DNA of 64,000 nt. Source: an uncultured Bacilli bacterium. GTDB taxonomy: Bacteria; Bacillota_I; Bacilli_A; RF39; UBA660. Position numbers and translations under genes: made by a program. Below are positions 48,896 through 58,636 of the stretch, piece after piece. Location: positions 2,488-66,487 of the forward strand of contig CANRNY010000010.1 of assembly GCA_947632085.1 (NCBI GenBank), given 5' to 3'. Under the pieces are notes generated by a model that searched no databases, was not told where the DNA came from, and saw only the letters and a list, made by a program, of their open reading frames with translations. Position 1 is the first letter of the stretch; each line of letters opens with the position of its first letter.

Positions 48896-49694
48896 AACTA
48901 TTTAATAATTCGTTTTTCTTTTTTTCGTATTCTTCTGCAGTAATAGCTCCCATATCTAGAAGTTCTTTATATTTTTTAATTTCATCAGCTGGAGAAATAG
49001 TTTGCATTATAGGTTTACCTTTATTTGTTTTTATTTCGTGAATACGATTTTTAATATAATTAACAACTTCATTAATATTATCTGGAGTAATAGCAGTTAA
49101 ATCGTATGCAAAGGAATTTTCATTAAAGTAGTTACTCTTAAGATTATTCATTAAACTAGATGCAGTTTCTAGTTGAATATAACCATAAGCAATTCCGGTT
49201 TGTTTAACTTGGATACCATTACAATCAACATAATATATTGTTTTTTCTCCATCAGTGGCATTACCAAAAATTAATGATTCGATAGCTAATCTAGTAACGA
49301 TAACTACTCTATCTTCATATACTTCCATATATCTGCCGCCAATACCATATATTCCGTATATTGCACCTGGTTTTGGTGATCTTTGGAAATAATTTAGATT
49401 AAAGCCACAATTTTTACAGAAGCTAGCTTCCTTTTTATTTTGAGTACCACATTTTGGACATAATTTAACATTTACATCATTTCCACATTTAACACAAAAT
49501 TTAGCTCCTACTTTATTTTGTGCTCCACAAGTTGCACAAATGACATATTCTTCATCGTTTGATTGATTAACATCTTTAGGAGTTTCTTCTTCGGCATTTA
49601 GTTCAACTTCTGTTAATTCACTACCACATATAGGACAGATATTTTCTTCACTTTCTACTTCTTTTTCACATTTATTACAATATTTTTTAGACAT
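48894..49694 (-). CDS. Triple zinc-ribbon / SHOCT-domain protein (266 aa)
   Basis: Three CxxC-x(n)-CxxC ribbons (CNKC..CPIC, CATC..CVKC, CPKC..CKNC), a central globular domain, and a C-terminal SHOCT-like KKYKELLDMGAITAEEYEKKKNELL. Confidence 0.75.
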   Translation of the reverse strand: MSKKYCNKCEKEVESEENICPICGSELTEVELNAEEETPKDVNQSNDEEYVICATCGAQNKVGAKFCVKCGNDVNVKLCPKCGTQNKKEASFCKNCGFNLNYFQRSPKPGAIYGIYGIGGRYMEVYEDRVVIVTRLAIESLIFGNATDGEKTIYYVDCNGIQVKQTGIAYGYIQLETASSLMNNLKSNYFNENSFAYDLTAITPDNINEVVNYIKNRIHEIKTNKGKPIMQTISPADEIKKYKELLDMGAITAEEYEKKKNELLNS

Positions 49695-49753
49695 TTTTTC
49701 ACCACTATTTCTACTAGTATAATTTTACTATTCTTATAAGCATAAATCAATAT

Positions 49754-49778
49754 AAAAAGAAGAGTTTAATACTCTTCT
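49754..49778 (-). terminator. pheT rho-independent terminator
   Basis: AGAAGAGT, 5-nt loop, ACTCTTCT, followed by a T-run on the minus strand. It overlaps the pheT stop. Confidence 0.75.
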
Positions 49779-52146
49779 AGTTTCTTAATTTAGCATTCAT
49801 TTTAGATTCAACTTCACTTATTATTTTATTGAATATTGCCATTACTTCATCATCTAGTAAAGTCTTAGTATTATCTTTGAATGTTAATTTATAAGCAATT
49901 GATTTTTTACCTTCTTCGATATTTTCATATAAATCAAATACTTCAATAGTATCAAGTAAACGACCACCTGCTTTTTTAATTACTGATTTAATATCTTCAC
50001 TTAAAACATTATTATCAACAACAAATGCAACATCTTTAACTATTTCTGGGTATTTAGATGCTTCTTTGTATTTAATAGGTTTAATTGTTTTGTTATATAG
50101 AGCTGTTAGAGATAATTCAGCTACATATATTTCATCTTTTTTATAGTTTGGATGAACACGACCTATAATACCTATTTCATCACGGTCTACCAAAATTTTA
50201 GCAGCAATACCAGGATGAAGGTCTGATATGTTATTAACAGCTTCAAAAGTATATCTATTTTTAAATCCTAAATAATTAAGTAAGTTTTCGACAACACCTT
50301 TTAAACAATAGAAATCGCATTTAATTATGTTATGTTGCCATTCGTTAGTTAAGTAATTACCTTTCATTAAAATAGCTACTTTAGTATCTTCGTTATAGTC
50401 TACATCATATGTTTTAGCTATTTCATATAACATTACATCTTTTACATGACGAGCTTTATTATAATCATAAACATTGATTAATGATGGTAATAAAGTTTTA
50501 CGAATTACTGATTTATCAATACTCATTGGATTAGGTAGAACGATATAATCTTTATCTTCATAATCAAAATGAGCTGCCATTTCTGGTGAAGTTAAAGTAT
50601 AAGTTTTAGTTTCGTTAATACCTAGAGTTCTTAATCTTTTTGAAGTTTCTTTTCTTATTTTAACATCACCAACATAGACACCTTTTCTTGTAGGTACTAA
50701 TGGTAATGTAGATACTAGGTTTTCATAACCATATAAACGACCAATTTCTTCAGCGATATCATTAACGTTTGGATCGATATCTAATCTTCTTCTTGGAATA
50801 GTAACTGTAAATGTATCTTTAGTTAATTTATATGGGAAACCTAAACGATTAAGTTCTGTTTTAACATCTTCATCAGTTAATTCTAGACCTAGTAGAGTTG
50901 ATACTTCTTTTGTTTTAAATTTAACTACTTTTTCAGATTTATCTACTTTATCATGAACAGCACGACCACTTAAGACAGTAGCATTAGCATATTTTTCTAG
51001 TAAGTAACAAGCACGATTTAGAGCAGCATCTGTATATTCGTATGATAAACCTTTACCATAGCGGATTGAAGCTTCGCTTTTTAAATCTAAACGACTAGAT
51101 GTATATCTGATACTTACTGAATCGAAGATAGCACTTTCAATTAAGATATCTTTAGTAGTTTCATCAACATCTGTATTTTCACCACCCATAACACCGGCGA
51201 TACATACTGGCTTTTTACCATCAGTGATTACTATATCAGTATCTCTTAAAATTCTTTTTTGACCATCTAATGTAATTATTTCTTCGTTTTCTTTAGCATT
51301 ACGAACTAAGATATTATCACCTAGTTTATTTTTATCAAAGAAGTGAAGTGGTTGACCATATTCTAACATTACGTAGTTAGAGATATCGACAACATTATTT
51401 ATTGGACGCATACCAGCAGCAATAAGTCTTTTTTTCATAAAATCAGGTGATTCTTTTATTTCAACACCTTTAACCATTTTAGCTGTATAGTATGGACATT
51501 TATCAGTATCAACTTTTAATTTAAGATGTTTATTAACATCATCAGATATTTCTTTGTAGTTACTTTCTGGTAAGGTAACTGGTTTATTTAGAATACTAGC
51601 TATTTCATAAGCAAAACCAATATGATAGTAGCAATCGTTATTACGATGTTTATGAACATCTAATTCATATAAGGTATCATCAGTACCTAAATAGATATTA
51701 GCATCAGTACCAGGTTTTAAATCAGTATCTAATACTTCAATACCTTTAGCATATGTTTCATCATTTTTTTCTTCTAAACCTAGTTCAAATAAAGCACATA
51801 TCATACCATTTGATTCTTGACCACGAATTTTACCAGCTTTGATTTCGTTATCACCAGGTAGAACACAACCAGGTAGAGCAACTAGAACTTTAATACCTTT
51901 TTTTACGTTAGGAGCGCCACATACGATTTGAACTGTTTTATCGCCGACATCTACTAAACATAGATGTAAGTGATCACTATCTGGGTGGTCTGTACATTCA
52001 AGGATTTGACCAATAACTAAGTTTTCAATACGACTATCAACAACTTTTTCAACATTAACACCAGCTTTAGTTATTTTAACAGCTAGTTCATGAAGATCTT
52101 CGTTTTTGATATCAACATAATCTTTAACCCAATTTAAACTTATCAT
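49777..52146 (-). CDS. pheT: Phenylalanine--tRNA ligase beta subunit
   Basis: 789 aa. N-terminus SLNWVKDYV, with tRNA-binding, B3/4, B5 and FDX-ACB domain order. Confidence 0.97.
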   Translation of the reverse strand: MISLNWVKDYVDIKNEDLHELAVKITKAGVNVEKVVDSRIENLVIGQILECTDHPDSDHLHLCLVDVGDKTVQIVCGAPNVKKGIKVLVALPGCVLPGDNEIKAGKIRGQESNGMICALFELGLEEKNDETYAKGIEVLDTDLKPGTDANIYLGTDDTLYELDVHKHRNNDCYYHIGFAYEIASILNKPVTLPESNYKEISDDVNKHLKLKVDTDKCPYYTAKMVKGVEIKESPDFMKKRLIAAGMRPINNVVDISNYVMLEYGQPLHFFDKNKLGDNILVRNAKENEEIITLDGQKRILRDTDIVITDGKKPVCIAGVMGGENTDVDETTKDILIESAIFDSVSIRYTSSRLDLKSEASIRYGKGLSYEYTDAALNRACYLLEKYANATVLSGRAVHDKVDKSEKVVKFKTKEVSTLLGLELTDEDVKTELNRLGFPYKLTKDTFTVTIPRRRLDIDPNVNDIAEEIGRLYGYENLVSTLPLVPTRKGVYVGDVKIRKETSKRLRTLGINETKTYTLTSPEMAAHFDYEDKDYIVLPNPMSIDKSVIRKTLLPSLINVYDYNKARHVKDVMLYEIAKTYDVDYNEDTKVAILMKGNYLTNEWQHNIIKCDFYCLKGVVENLLNYLGFKNRYTFEAVNNISDLHPGIAAKILVDRDEIGIIGRVHPNYKKDEIYVAELSLTALYNKTIKPIKYKEASKYPEIVKDVAFVVDNNVLSEDIKSVIKKAGGRLLDTIEVFDLYENIEEGKKSIAYKLTFKDNTKTLLDDEVMAIFNKIISEVESKMNAKLRN

Positions 52147-52148
52147 TA

Positions 52149-53192
52149 TTACACATCCTTTCTATCAAAGGTATCTGTTTCTCGTAAATCTGTTTGATAG
52201 AATGTTCTTATATCATTAATACCATATTTAAGCATAGCAAGACGTTCAGCACCGAATCCGAAAGCAAAACCAGACCAAACAGCTGGATCATAACCACAGT
52301 TTCTTAAAACATTAGGATGAACCATACCAGCACCACTAACTGTAATCCAACCAGTATTTTTACATAGTGAGCAACCTTTACCTTTGCAAACGAAACATGA
52401 TATATCTGTTTCAACTGATGGTTCAGTAAATTGATAATAACTTGGTCTAAATCTTGTTTCACAATCTTCACCAAATAATTTTTTAGCAATAGCATCGAAA
52501 GTCCCTTTTAAGTCAGATAAACGAATATTTTTATCAACTAGTAAACCTTCAATTTGCATAAATTGATGAGAGTGAGTAGCATCATCAGCATCACGACGAT
52601 ATGTCTTACCTGGACAAATCATACGAATTGGTGTATTACCACCAGCTTTTAACATTGTTCTTACTTGAACAGGTGATGTTTGACTACGAAGTAATATGGT
52701 TTCATCTTCAATATAGAATGTATCTTGAGCATCACGAGCAGGATGATTTTTAGGAATATTTAATAATTCAAAGTTATACTTATCTTCTTCGACTTCAGGT
52801 CCATCAACAACATCATATCCCATAGACATACATACTTCTTCGACTTCTTCAATAATCTTTTCTAAGATATTAGGAGCACCTACTTTAATATTAGTAGCAG
52901 GTAATGTAACATCTATTTTTTCACTTTCTAATTTTTTATTAAGCTCTTCTTCTTCATATTTTTTAATAGTACTATCTATTTTAGAAGTTAATTCTTGTTT
53001 TAATTCATTTAATAACTTACCAAAATCTTTTTTCTCTTCAGGACTTAGTTCACGCATGTAAGTAGTTAATTCATTTACTGGTCCTTTTTTACCTAGGTAT
53101 TTTACTTTTAATTCATTAACTTCTTTTAAGTTAGTACAAGATTGTAGTTCTTTAGTTGCTTCTGTTTTTAGAGCTTCTACTTTTTCTTTCAT
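52149..53192 (-). CDS. pheS: Phenylalanine--tRNA ligase alpha subunit
   Basis: 347 aa. HPARD, class II motifs (FRPSYYQFTEPS and GFAFGFGAERLAM). It lies 2 nt upstream of pheT. Confidence 0.97.
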   Translation of the reverse strand: MKEKVEALKTEATKELQSCTNLKEVNELKVKYLGKKGPVNELTTYMRELSPEEKKDFGKLLNELKQELTSKIDSTIKKYEEEELNKKLESEKIDVTLPATNIKVGAPNILEKIIEEVEEVCMSMGYDVVDGPEVEEDKYNFELLNIPKNHPARDAQDTFYIEDETILLRSQTSPVQVRTMLKAGGNTPIRMICPGKTYRRDADDATHSHQFMQIEGLLVDKNIRLSDLKGTFDAIAKKLFGEDCETRFRPSYYQFTEPSVETDISCFVCKGKGCSLCKNTGWITVSGAGMVHPNVLRNCGYDPAVWSGFAFGFGAERLAMLKYGINDIRTFYQTDLRETDTFDRKDV

Positions 53193-53195
53193 ATT

Positions 53196-53440
53196 TTTCC
53201 CTCCAATAAAAAAAATCTAAAACCAAGGGACGAAATAATATTCCGCGGTACCACCCTAATTCTAGAATTCTAGCACTCAATATAGATATAACGCATCTAT
53301 GTGCGGGTCTAACTCCAACGATGAATTTCATTATATTATTTATCTTTAGATGCTTTCAGCCGGTGACATCTAATCTCTAATTGAAGAATTTAATATAATT
53401 ACTAGGTTCGTCTTCTTCGTTTTTCTGTTCACTATTTTAG
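53196..53440 (-). promoter_or_regulatory. T-box riboswitch leader (Phe specifier) of pheST
   Basis: The minus strand carries the T-box core AATTAGGGTGGTACCGCGG (53260-53243), an upstream AGAGA motif, a candidate specifier GAAA-UUC-A (UUC at 53325-53323), and a U-run before the pheS RBS GGAGGG. Confidence 0.85.
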
Positions 53441-53481
53441 CACAATTATTTTTTTTAAGCAAATAAAAGTTTTAAGATATT

Positions 53482-53503
53482 AAAAAAAGCCATTTTAAGG
53501 CTT
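53482..53503 (-). terminator. Rho-independent terminator
   Basis: AAGCC, 7-nt loop, GGCTT, followed by T7 on the minus strand. It overlaps the stop at 53502. The stem is short. Confidence 0.5.
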
Positions 53504-54353
53504 ATTTTTTGTTAAAATCAGTAATTATAGTATAAATGTTAAGAATATTTATTTTGTCTTCTTCTGAGTAGTTATTTAGTATTTTTTCAAGTTGTTCTTT
53601 TTCTTTTAGTGATGTATTTTTTAATAGTTTTTCAAATTTAGTTATAGCACTAGTTATAGAGTCTTTATCACTAACACGATATGGAGATTTTTCTTGCATA
53701 ATACCATATGAATATTCTCTTCTTAATATAGCATTAACATTTTCTTTTAACTTACGATAAGTAGTTGGATTTTTGTATTCTTGATTAATCATAATAGCAT
53801 AAGTTAAATTATTGATATTGTTATTTTTACTCTTAATTACATCGTAATATAAATTTTTAAATTTAGCATACTGCATAATTACTTTTTCGGCTTTTAAAGT
53901 TTTCTTTTTAGATTCGGTTATATTCTTTTTATCTTTAGTAGACATATTATATAAATTAGCGATATAAATAATTATTAAGAACCATATAAAGCCTTTTATT
54001 TCTTCAGGATCTGGTATGACTGTATTTACTTTAGAAATAAAGTAATTATAAGTAAATAAACTTAAGGCGATGCTTAATAAACTTTCTATTAAGAATGATG
54101 ACTTACTTATATCATTTTCTTCACCAGTAATATTAGTTACATAGAAGTTTCTGATAAATATTTCAAAAATAACTATTAAAAAGATATTTGTACTTACTTT
54201 AGGAATTAACGCTGCTATTATAATTATATATATTGTAGGAATTAATAAGTGATTAATTAAGCGATTTTCCTTTTTATTAAAGTATTTTAAGATAATAGTT
54301 AAAGGAATTGTAAGTAGTATTTGAACTATTAAAGTCATTAAAGTCATACGCAT
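53502..54353 (-). CDS. Hypothetical membrane protein (283 aa)
   Basis: About 4 N-terminal TM segments and a soluble C-terminal half. No family recognised. Confidence 0.6.
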   Translation of the reverse strand: MRMTLMTLIVQILLTIPLTIILKYFNKKENRLINHLLIPTIYIIIIAALIPKVSTNIFLIVIFEIFIRNFYVTNITGEENDISKSSFLIESLLSIALSLFTYNYFISKVNTVIPDPEEIKGFIWFLIIIYIANLYNMSTKDKKNITESKKKTLKAEKVIMQYAKFKNLYYDVIKSKNNNINNLTYAIMINQEYKNPTTYRKLKENVNAILRREYSYGIMQEKSPYRVSDKDSITSAITKFEKLLKNTSLKEKEQLEKILNNYSEEDKINILNIYTIITDFNKK

Positions 54354-54421
54354 TCTCCTTATTGGTTGTTATACTACTATAAAGTATGGGAAAAGTCAAA
54401 TAAAAAAGCAGGAATTACCTG

Positions 54422-54667
54422 CTATATTTGGGATTTTAAGATTCTGGTTAGGATTATTATTAATTCTGGGTCTTTAACACGATCAATGTAAGTATCTTGT
54501 CCATCGATTATTTCTTCAACAATGGCAACATTTGTAGGAATAATGTCTTTATTTTCATCTACTCCCATAACTAGGAAGTATTTAACTCCTCCGTACATTG
54601 TTTCATTTAATACTACATACTTTTCATTATTTTCTAAGCTTATTATAGTATTAGTTCTTAAACTCAT
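54422..54667 (-). CDS. DUF1292-like small protein (81 aa)
   Basis: NNEKYVVLNETMYGGVKYFLVMGVDEN...VAIVEEIIDG...DPELIIILTRIL fits the DUF1292-like pattern. Confidence 0.5.
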   Translation of the reverse strand: MSLRTNTIISLENNEKYVVLNETMYGGVKYFLVMGVDENKDIIPTNVAIVEEIIDGQDTYIDRVKDPELIIILTRILKSQI

Positions 54668-54738
54668 ATAATCATCTCCTAACTATTAATTATTTAGATG
54701 TTAATATTTAACAATTCTAATTATATATTATCATTATT

Positions 54739-56823
54739 TTAGGCTTGTGTCTCATCAATTTGGATAGTTTCAATTGGTTGGACACTTTCTTTAACACTAT
54801 TTTCGTCTTCTGTAGTTGTTTCTGGTTCTAAAATAGGTTCGATTACGATATCTGTTACTTCAGCATTTGGAACTTCAGCGGGATTTTCATCATCATCAAT
54901 TTCGTCTAGTTGTATATTAGGTGCACTTTCTTCTTGTTTTTTTTCTGGAGTTTCAGCTTCAGTATTTTCTTTTGCAACTTCTTCAGTAGTTTCTTCAACT
55001 GGTTCTTCTTCCCTAGTTTCTTCTACTGTTTCAGGTGTAGTTTCTTCAACTGGTTCTTCAACTAGTTCAGGAGCAGGTTCTTCTGGCTCTTTAGCCGTTT
55101 CTACTTCTTTATTAGTAGTTGAAGCACTTAATTCTTCTAAGAATTTTTCTTGATTAGGAATTTCATCTTCAGTGATTACTTTAATACCACGTTTTTCTTC
55201 AGTAACTGGTTTAGTTGATGCAGTAGTGTTTTTAGGAAGATAACTATCGTAATCTTTAGAAACTAATTCTTTAGATTCTTCAATTATTTTCATATCGATA
55301 GAATCTGTTAAGTTTATTTTTAATTCGTCTTCAATACGATGAATTACATCAATTGGTGTATCAGGGAATTGACGACGATGTTTTAAATCAATAACTGTTT
55401 GAGCTAGTTCTTTAAGGATGTCTTTATCTTTATTTCTTGTACAAATATCTATTAAGCCAGATTTTTTAGTAAGTAAGCGATTACGCATAATGGTAATTTC
55501 TTTTTGAGCATTAATAATATTGCATTTTATTTCTTCACATTCAACTTTGATTGTAGAAGAAGCTTTTTCAATATCTTTTGCTTCATCTAATCTAAATTGT
55601 GTAGCTATTTTTTCAGCTTCAACTATATCTTCTTGTTTTTCTTCTAAAGATACTTTTAAGCTAGCTTTTAAACTAATATTAGAATCAAGAGTTCCATCAT
55701 AAGCTTTTTGGAATTCAGCTAGATCTCTTTTCATTTCTTCAATCATTAAAGCTATTTCTTGATCTTTTTCTTTGTATTCAAAGACTTTATCTTGATCTAT
55801 TAATGCTACTTTTTGTTCTAATTCAGCTAATTCTTCTTGCCATTTAACTATTCTTTTTTCAAGGAAGTTTATTCTTGTTTTTTCAGGAGTATTAGCTTCT
55901 AAAATATTATAAGATTTTTGATCTATTTCATTAGCAAAAGAATCACGAGCTTGTGTGGCTCTTAAAAGTTCTTCTTCTAATTTATTATCATCTGGAACGT
56001 TTATATAAGGTTGGCGTATAACTATATTTATTAAATCTATTAGATATTTTTTAGCATTTTCAGGTGTATCTCCGCTATTAATAATATCTTTAATTTTGGT
56101 TTCGATATATTTAGGGTCTTTTTGTAATTCTTCTAGTCTTGTGTTTAAAGAATTTATTTTTTCTTCAAGTTCAGATATTCTCTTTTTGTTTTTATCTTTT
56201 TTAGAATGATCAATATAATTGTCTTTATTTTCTAAGTTTGCTTGGGTTTCAGCAAGTAATTTTTTCTTTTTATCGATTTTTTCTTCAAGTTCACTTATTT
56301 CTTCAGTATCTTTAACAATGTTATTTTGAATATTATCATATTCTGTATTACCATTCTTTAATTTCTTTTCGATATCTTTTATTTTGGCAGAAGTTTCATC
56401 TATTAAGCTATTATATCGATTGATTATTTCGTTATCAGTAACAGAAACAACACGTTCTTGCATACTTAGAATATATTTTTCATAGCTTGCTTTAGTTTCT
56501 CTTAGTACATTAGTACTTGCATATGCTTTTGCTTCTTCTTCCTTTAGATTGTTTAGTTCTTTATTTTTTTCTTTTAGTTCATTTTTTAAGGATTGTAATT
56601 GTTTTTTAGTTATGATTTCGATATTACGATCGGCCATTTCAGCACTTGAATCATAGCTATCATCATCAGATAAGGAATTTATTTCAATTATTTCTTGTTG
56701 ATAACCACGTATTTTATTTTTTATTTCAACTTCTTCGACACGCAAAGAAGGACCATCACTTTTTGAACGGCACATTTTAACTAAAACATCTAAATTCCAC
56801 AAGACTTTTAATTTATCGTCCAT
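54739..56823 (-). CDS. Long coiled-coil protein (694 aa) with an acidic E/P/T-rich repetitive C-terminal tail
   Basis: Extended heptad-like K/E/L-rich sequence. The tail reads EEPVEETTPETVEETREEEPVEETTEEV. Confidence 0.7.
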   Translation of the reverse strand: MDDKLKVLWNLDVLVKMCRSKSDGPSLRVEEVEIKNKIRGYQQEIIEINSLSDDDSYDSSAEMADRNIEIITKKQLQSLKNELKEKNKELNNLKEEEAKAYASTNVLRETKASYEKYILSMQERVVSVTDNEIINRYNSLIDETSAKIKDIEKKLKNGNTEYDNIQNNIVKDTEEISELEEKIDKKKKLLAETQANLENKDNYIDHSKKDKNKKRISELEEKINSLNTRLEELQKDPKYIETKIKDIINSGDTPENAKKYLIDLINIVIRQPYINVPDDNKLEEELLRATQARDSFANEIDQKSYNILEANTPEKTRINFLEKRIVKWQEELAELEQKVALIDQDKVFEYKEKDQEIALMIEEMKRDLAEFQKAYDGTLDSNISLKASLKVSLEEKQEDIVEAEKIATQFRLDEAKDIEKASSTIKVECEEIKCNIINAQKEITIMRNRLLTKKSGLIDICTRNKDKDILKELAQTVIDLKHRRQFPDTPIDVIHRIEDELKINLTDSIDMKIIEESKELVSKDYDSYLPKNTTASTKPVTEEKRGIKVITEDEIPNQEKFLEELSASTTNKEVETAKEPEEPAPELVEEPVEETTPETVEETREEEPVEETTEEVAKENTEAETPEKKQEESAPNIQLDEIDDDENPAEVPNAEVTDIVIEPILEPETTTEDENSVKESVQPIETIQIDETQA

Positions 56824-56938
56824 AATTATACACCCTTTTATTCTAGTCTAAATATATTCTAACATAAAGCTTTTTTATTTTCAATAAAACTATTATTTTA
56901 TCTTAATAAACATATTATTTATTATAGTGAGGTGGTTT

Positions 56939-57283
56939 ATGCATAATTTCCCACCAAATGTTGATCCAAAAATATCGACATTAAGTGCTGTTGTTATTGG
57001 ATTTGCTTTAATAGACCATTTTACTGCTGGTGAACAGAATGCATTGGGCAACTGGTTTATCACTATTGGCCAAATTTTGGAAAATAATTCAGCTTTTCAG
57101 CAAGTTATTGAATCGAGAATTCAGGGGTCAACGATTAATATTAATAGTCAAAAGTTTGAAGAAACAGGTGATCCTTATATGGATAATGAGGCTTGGGCAG
57201 AATCACCTTCGGATAAGCAATTTAATGATTTAAAGAAAACAGTTGATATTATGAAAGAAGAATTAGATAAACTTAGGAAATAA
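56939..57283 (+). CDS. Hypothetical small protein (about 114 aa)
   Basis: The ATG at 56939 follows GAGGTGG. It has one hydrophobic segment. No family recognised. Confidence 0.5.
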   Translation: MHNFPPNVDPKISTLSAVVIGFALIDHFTAGEQNALGNWFITIGQILENNSAFQQVIESRIQGSTININSQKFEETGDPYMDNEAWAESPSDKQFNDLKKTVDIMKEELDKLRK

Positions 57284-57313
57284 AAAAAGAACTATTATAC
57301 TAGTTCTAATTTT
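57282..57313. terminator. Bidirectional terminator between convergent genes
   Basis: AGAACTA, 6-nt loop, TAGTTCT, flanked by A7 upstream and ATTTT downstream. The rplQ stop lies in the loop. Confidence 0.6.
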
Positions 57314-57639
57314 ACTGTTAGAGCATCGTCTCCAACTCTTTCTTTTAATTTAATGATTCTAGTGTATCCACCATTTCTAGTTTCATATTTTTTAGCTAAT
57401 TCATTGAAGATTTTATCAACTACTAATGTATCATTGTTAAGAAAAGCTAATGCTTTTCTTCTACATACTAAAGTGCCTCTTTTTCCGTAAGTAATCATAC
57501 GATCAACGAATTTTCTTACTTCTTTGGCTCTAGCTTCAGTAGTTACAACTGATTCATTAAGAATAACATCTTTAGTTAAGCTAGCTAAAATACTTCTACG
57601 AATGCTTTTTTCTCTATTTAATCTTCTATATTTTGTCAT
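57295..57639 (-). CDS. rplQ: 50S ribosomal protein L17
   Basis: Sequence and position downstream of rpoA. Contains GGYTRI. Confidence 0.95.
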   Translation of the reverse strand: MTKYRRLNREKSIRRSILASLTKDVILNESVVTTEARAKEVRKFVDRMITYGKRGTLVCRRKALAFLNNDTLVVDKIFNELAKKYETRNGGYTRIIKLKERVGDDALTVKLELV

Positions 57640-57664
57640 AAGTATTTTACCTCCTATTTATTTT

Positions 57665-58609
57665 TTAATCGCGGAACTTAAGTCCCATTTCTTTTACTTT
57701 ATCAATAACTTCTTTTAAAGATTTTTTACCTAGATTACGAATCTTAGTAACTTCTACTTCTTTTTTAGAAATTAAATCTTGAACTGTATTAATACCAGCT
57801 CTCTTTAAGCAATTGTAAGCACGAACTGAGAACTCTATTTCTTCGATTGGTGTTTCTAATGTCTTAGTGATTGTATCTACTTTTTTCTCAGCCATTAAGC
57901 CTGAAACATCACTTATCGCATTTAAATCTGTTACAATGTTAAAATGTTCAATTAGTATTCTTGCTGATAATGCCATAGCTTCTTCTGGAGTAATTGATCC
58001 ATTAGTATAAACATTCATTATTAGTTTATCGAAGTTTTCATTTTGACCAACACGAGCACTTTCAACTTCATAACTAACTCTTTCAATTGGAGAATATAAT
58101 GAGTCGATAGCAATAACACCAACTTTATTTTCACCAAATAGTTTTTGATTTGCTTTAGAATCAACATATCCACGACCATTGCTAACAGTCATTTCCATTT
58201 CTAGTTTTCCACCTTTTACAAGATTAGCAATTACTAAATCTGGATTAACTATTTCAACATCAGCATCTCTTTCGATGTCGCCAGCTGTTACTGCACCTTC
58301 TTTATCAGCAAATAATCTTATAACTTTATCTTCTTCAGAATGATTTTTAATTACGATGCTTTTTAAAGCTAGAACAATTGCAGTTACATCTTCAACAACA
58401 CCATCTATTTTTTGGAATTCATGCATTACACCTTCAATTTTTACAGAAGTAATAGCACTTCCTGGTAATGAAGATAGCATAACTCTTCTTAATGCATTTC
58501 CGATAGTTGTACCAAAACCTCTTTCTAAAGGTTCTAATTCAAATTTTCCATAGTGATTACTCTCTATGTATTCAGTAATTTTGTATTCTGGTTTTTCAAA
58601 TCTTAACAT
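57665..58609 (-). CDS. rpoA: DNA-directed RNA polymerase subunit alpha
   Basis: 314 aa. GFGTTIGNALRRVMLSSLPG, plus a C-terminal CTD (SVRAYNCLKRAGI). Confidence 0.97.
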   Translation of the reverse strand: MLRFEKPEYKITEYIESNHYGKFELEPLERGFGTTIGNALRRVMLSSLPGSAITSVKIEGVMHEFQKIDGVVEDVTAIVLALKSIVIKNHSEEDKVIRLFADKEGAVTAGDIERDADVEIVNPDLVIANLVKGGKLEMEMTVSNGRGYVDSKANQKLFGENKVGVIAIDSLYSPIERVSYEVESARVGQNENFDKLIMNVYTNGSITPEEAMALSARILIEHFNIVTDLNAISDVSGLMAEKKVDTITKTLETPIEEIEFSVRAYNCLKRAGINTVQDLISKKEVEVTKIRNLGKKSLKEVIDKVKEMGLKFRD

Positions 58610-58636
58610 ATCCTTAAGTTCCCTTCTTTCACTAAA

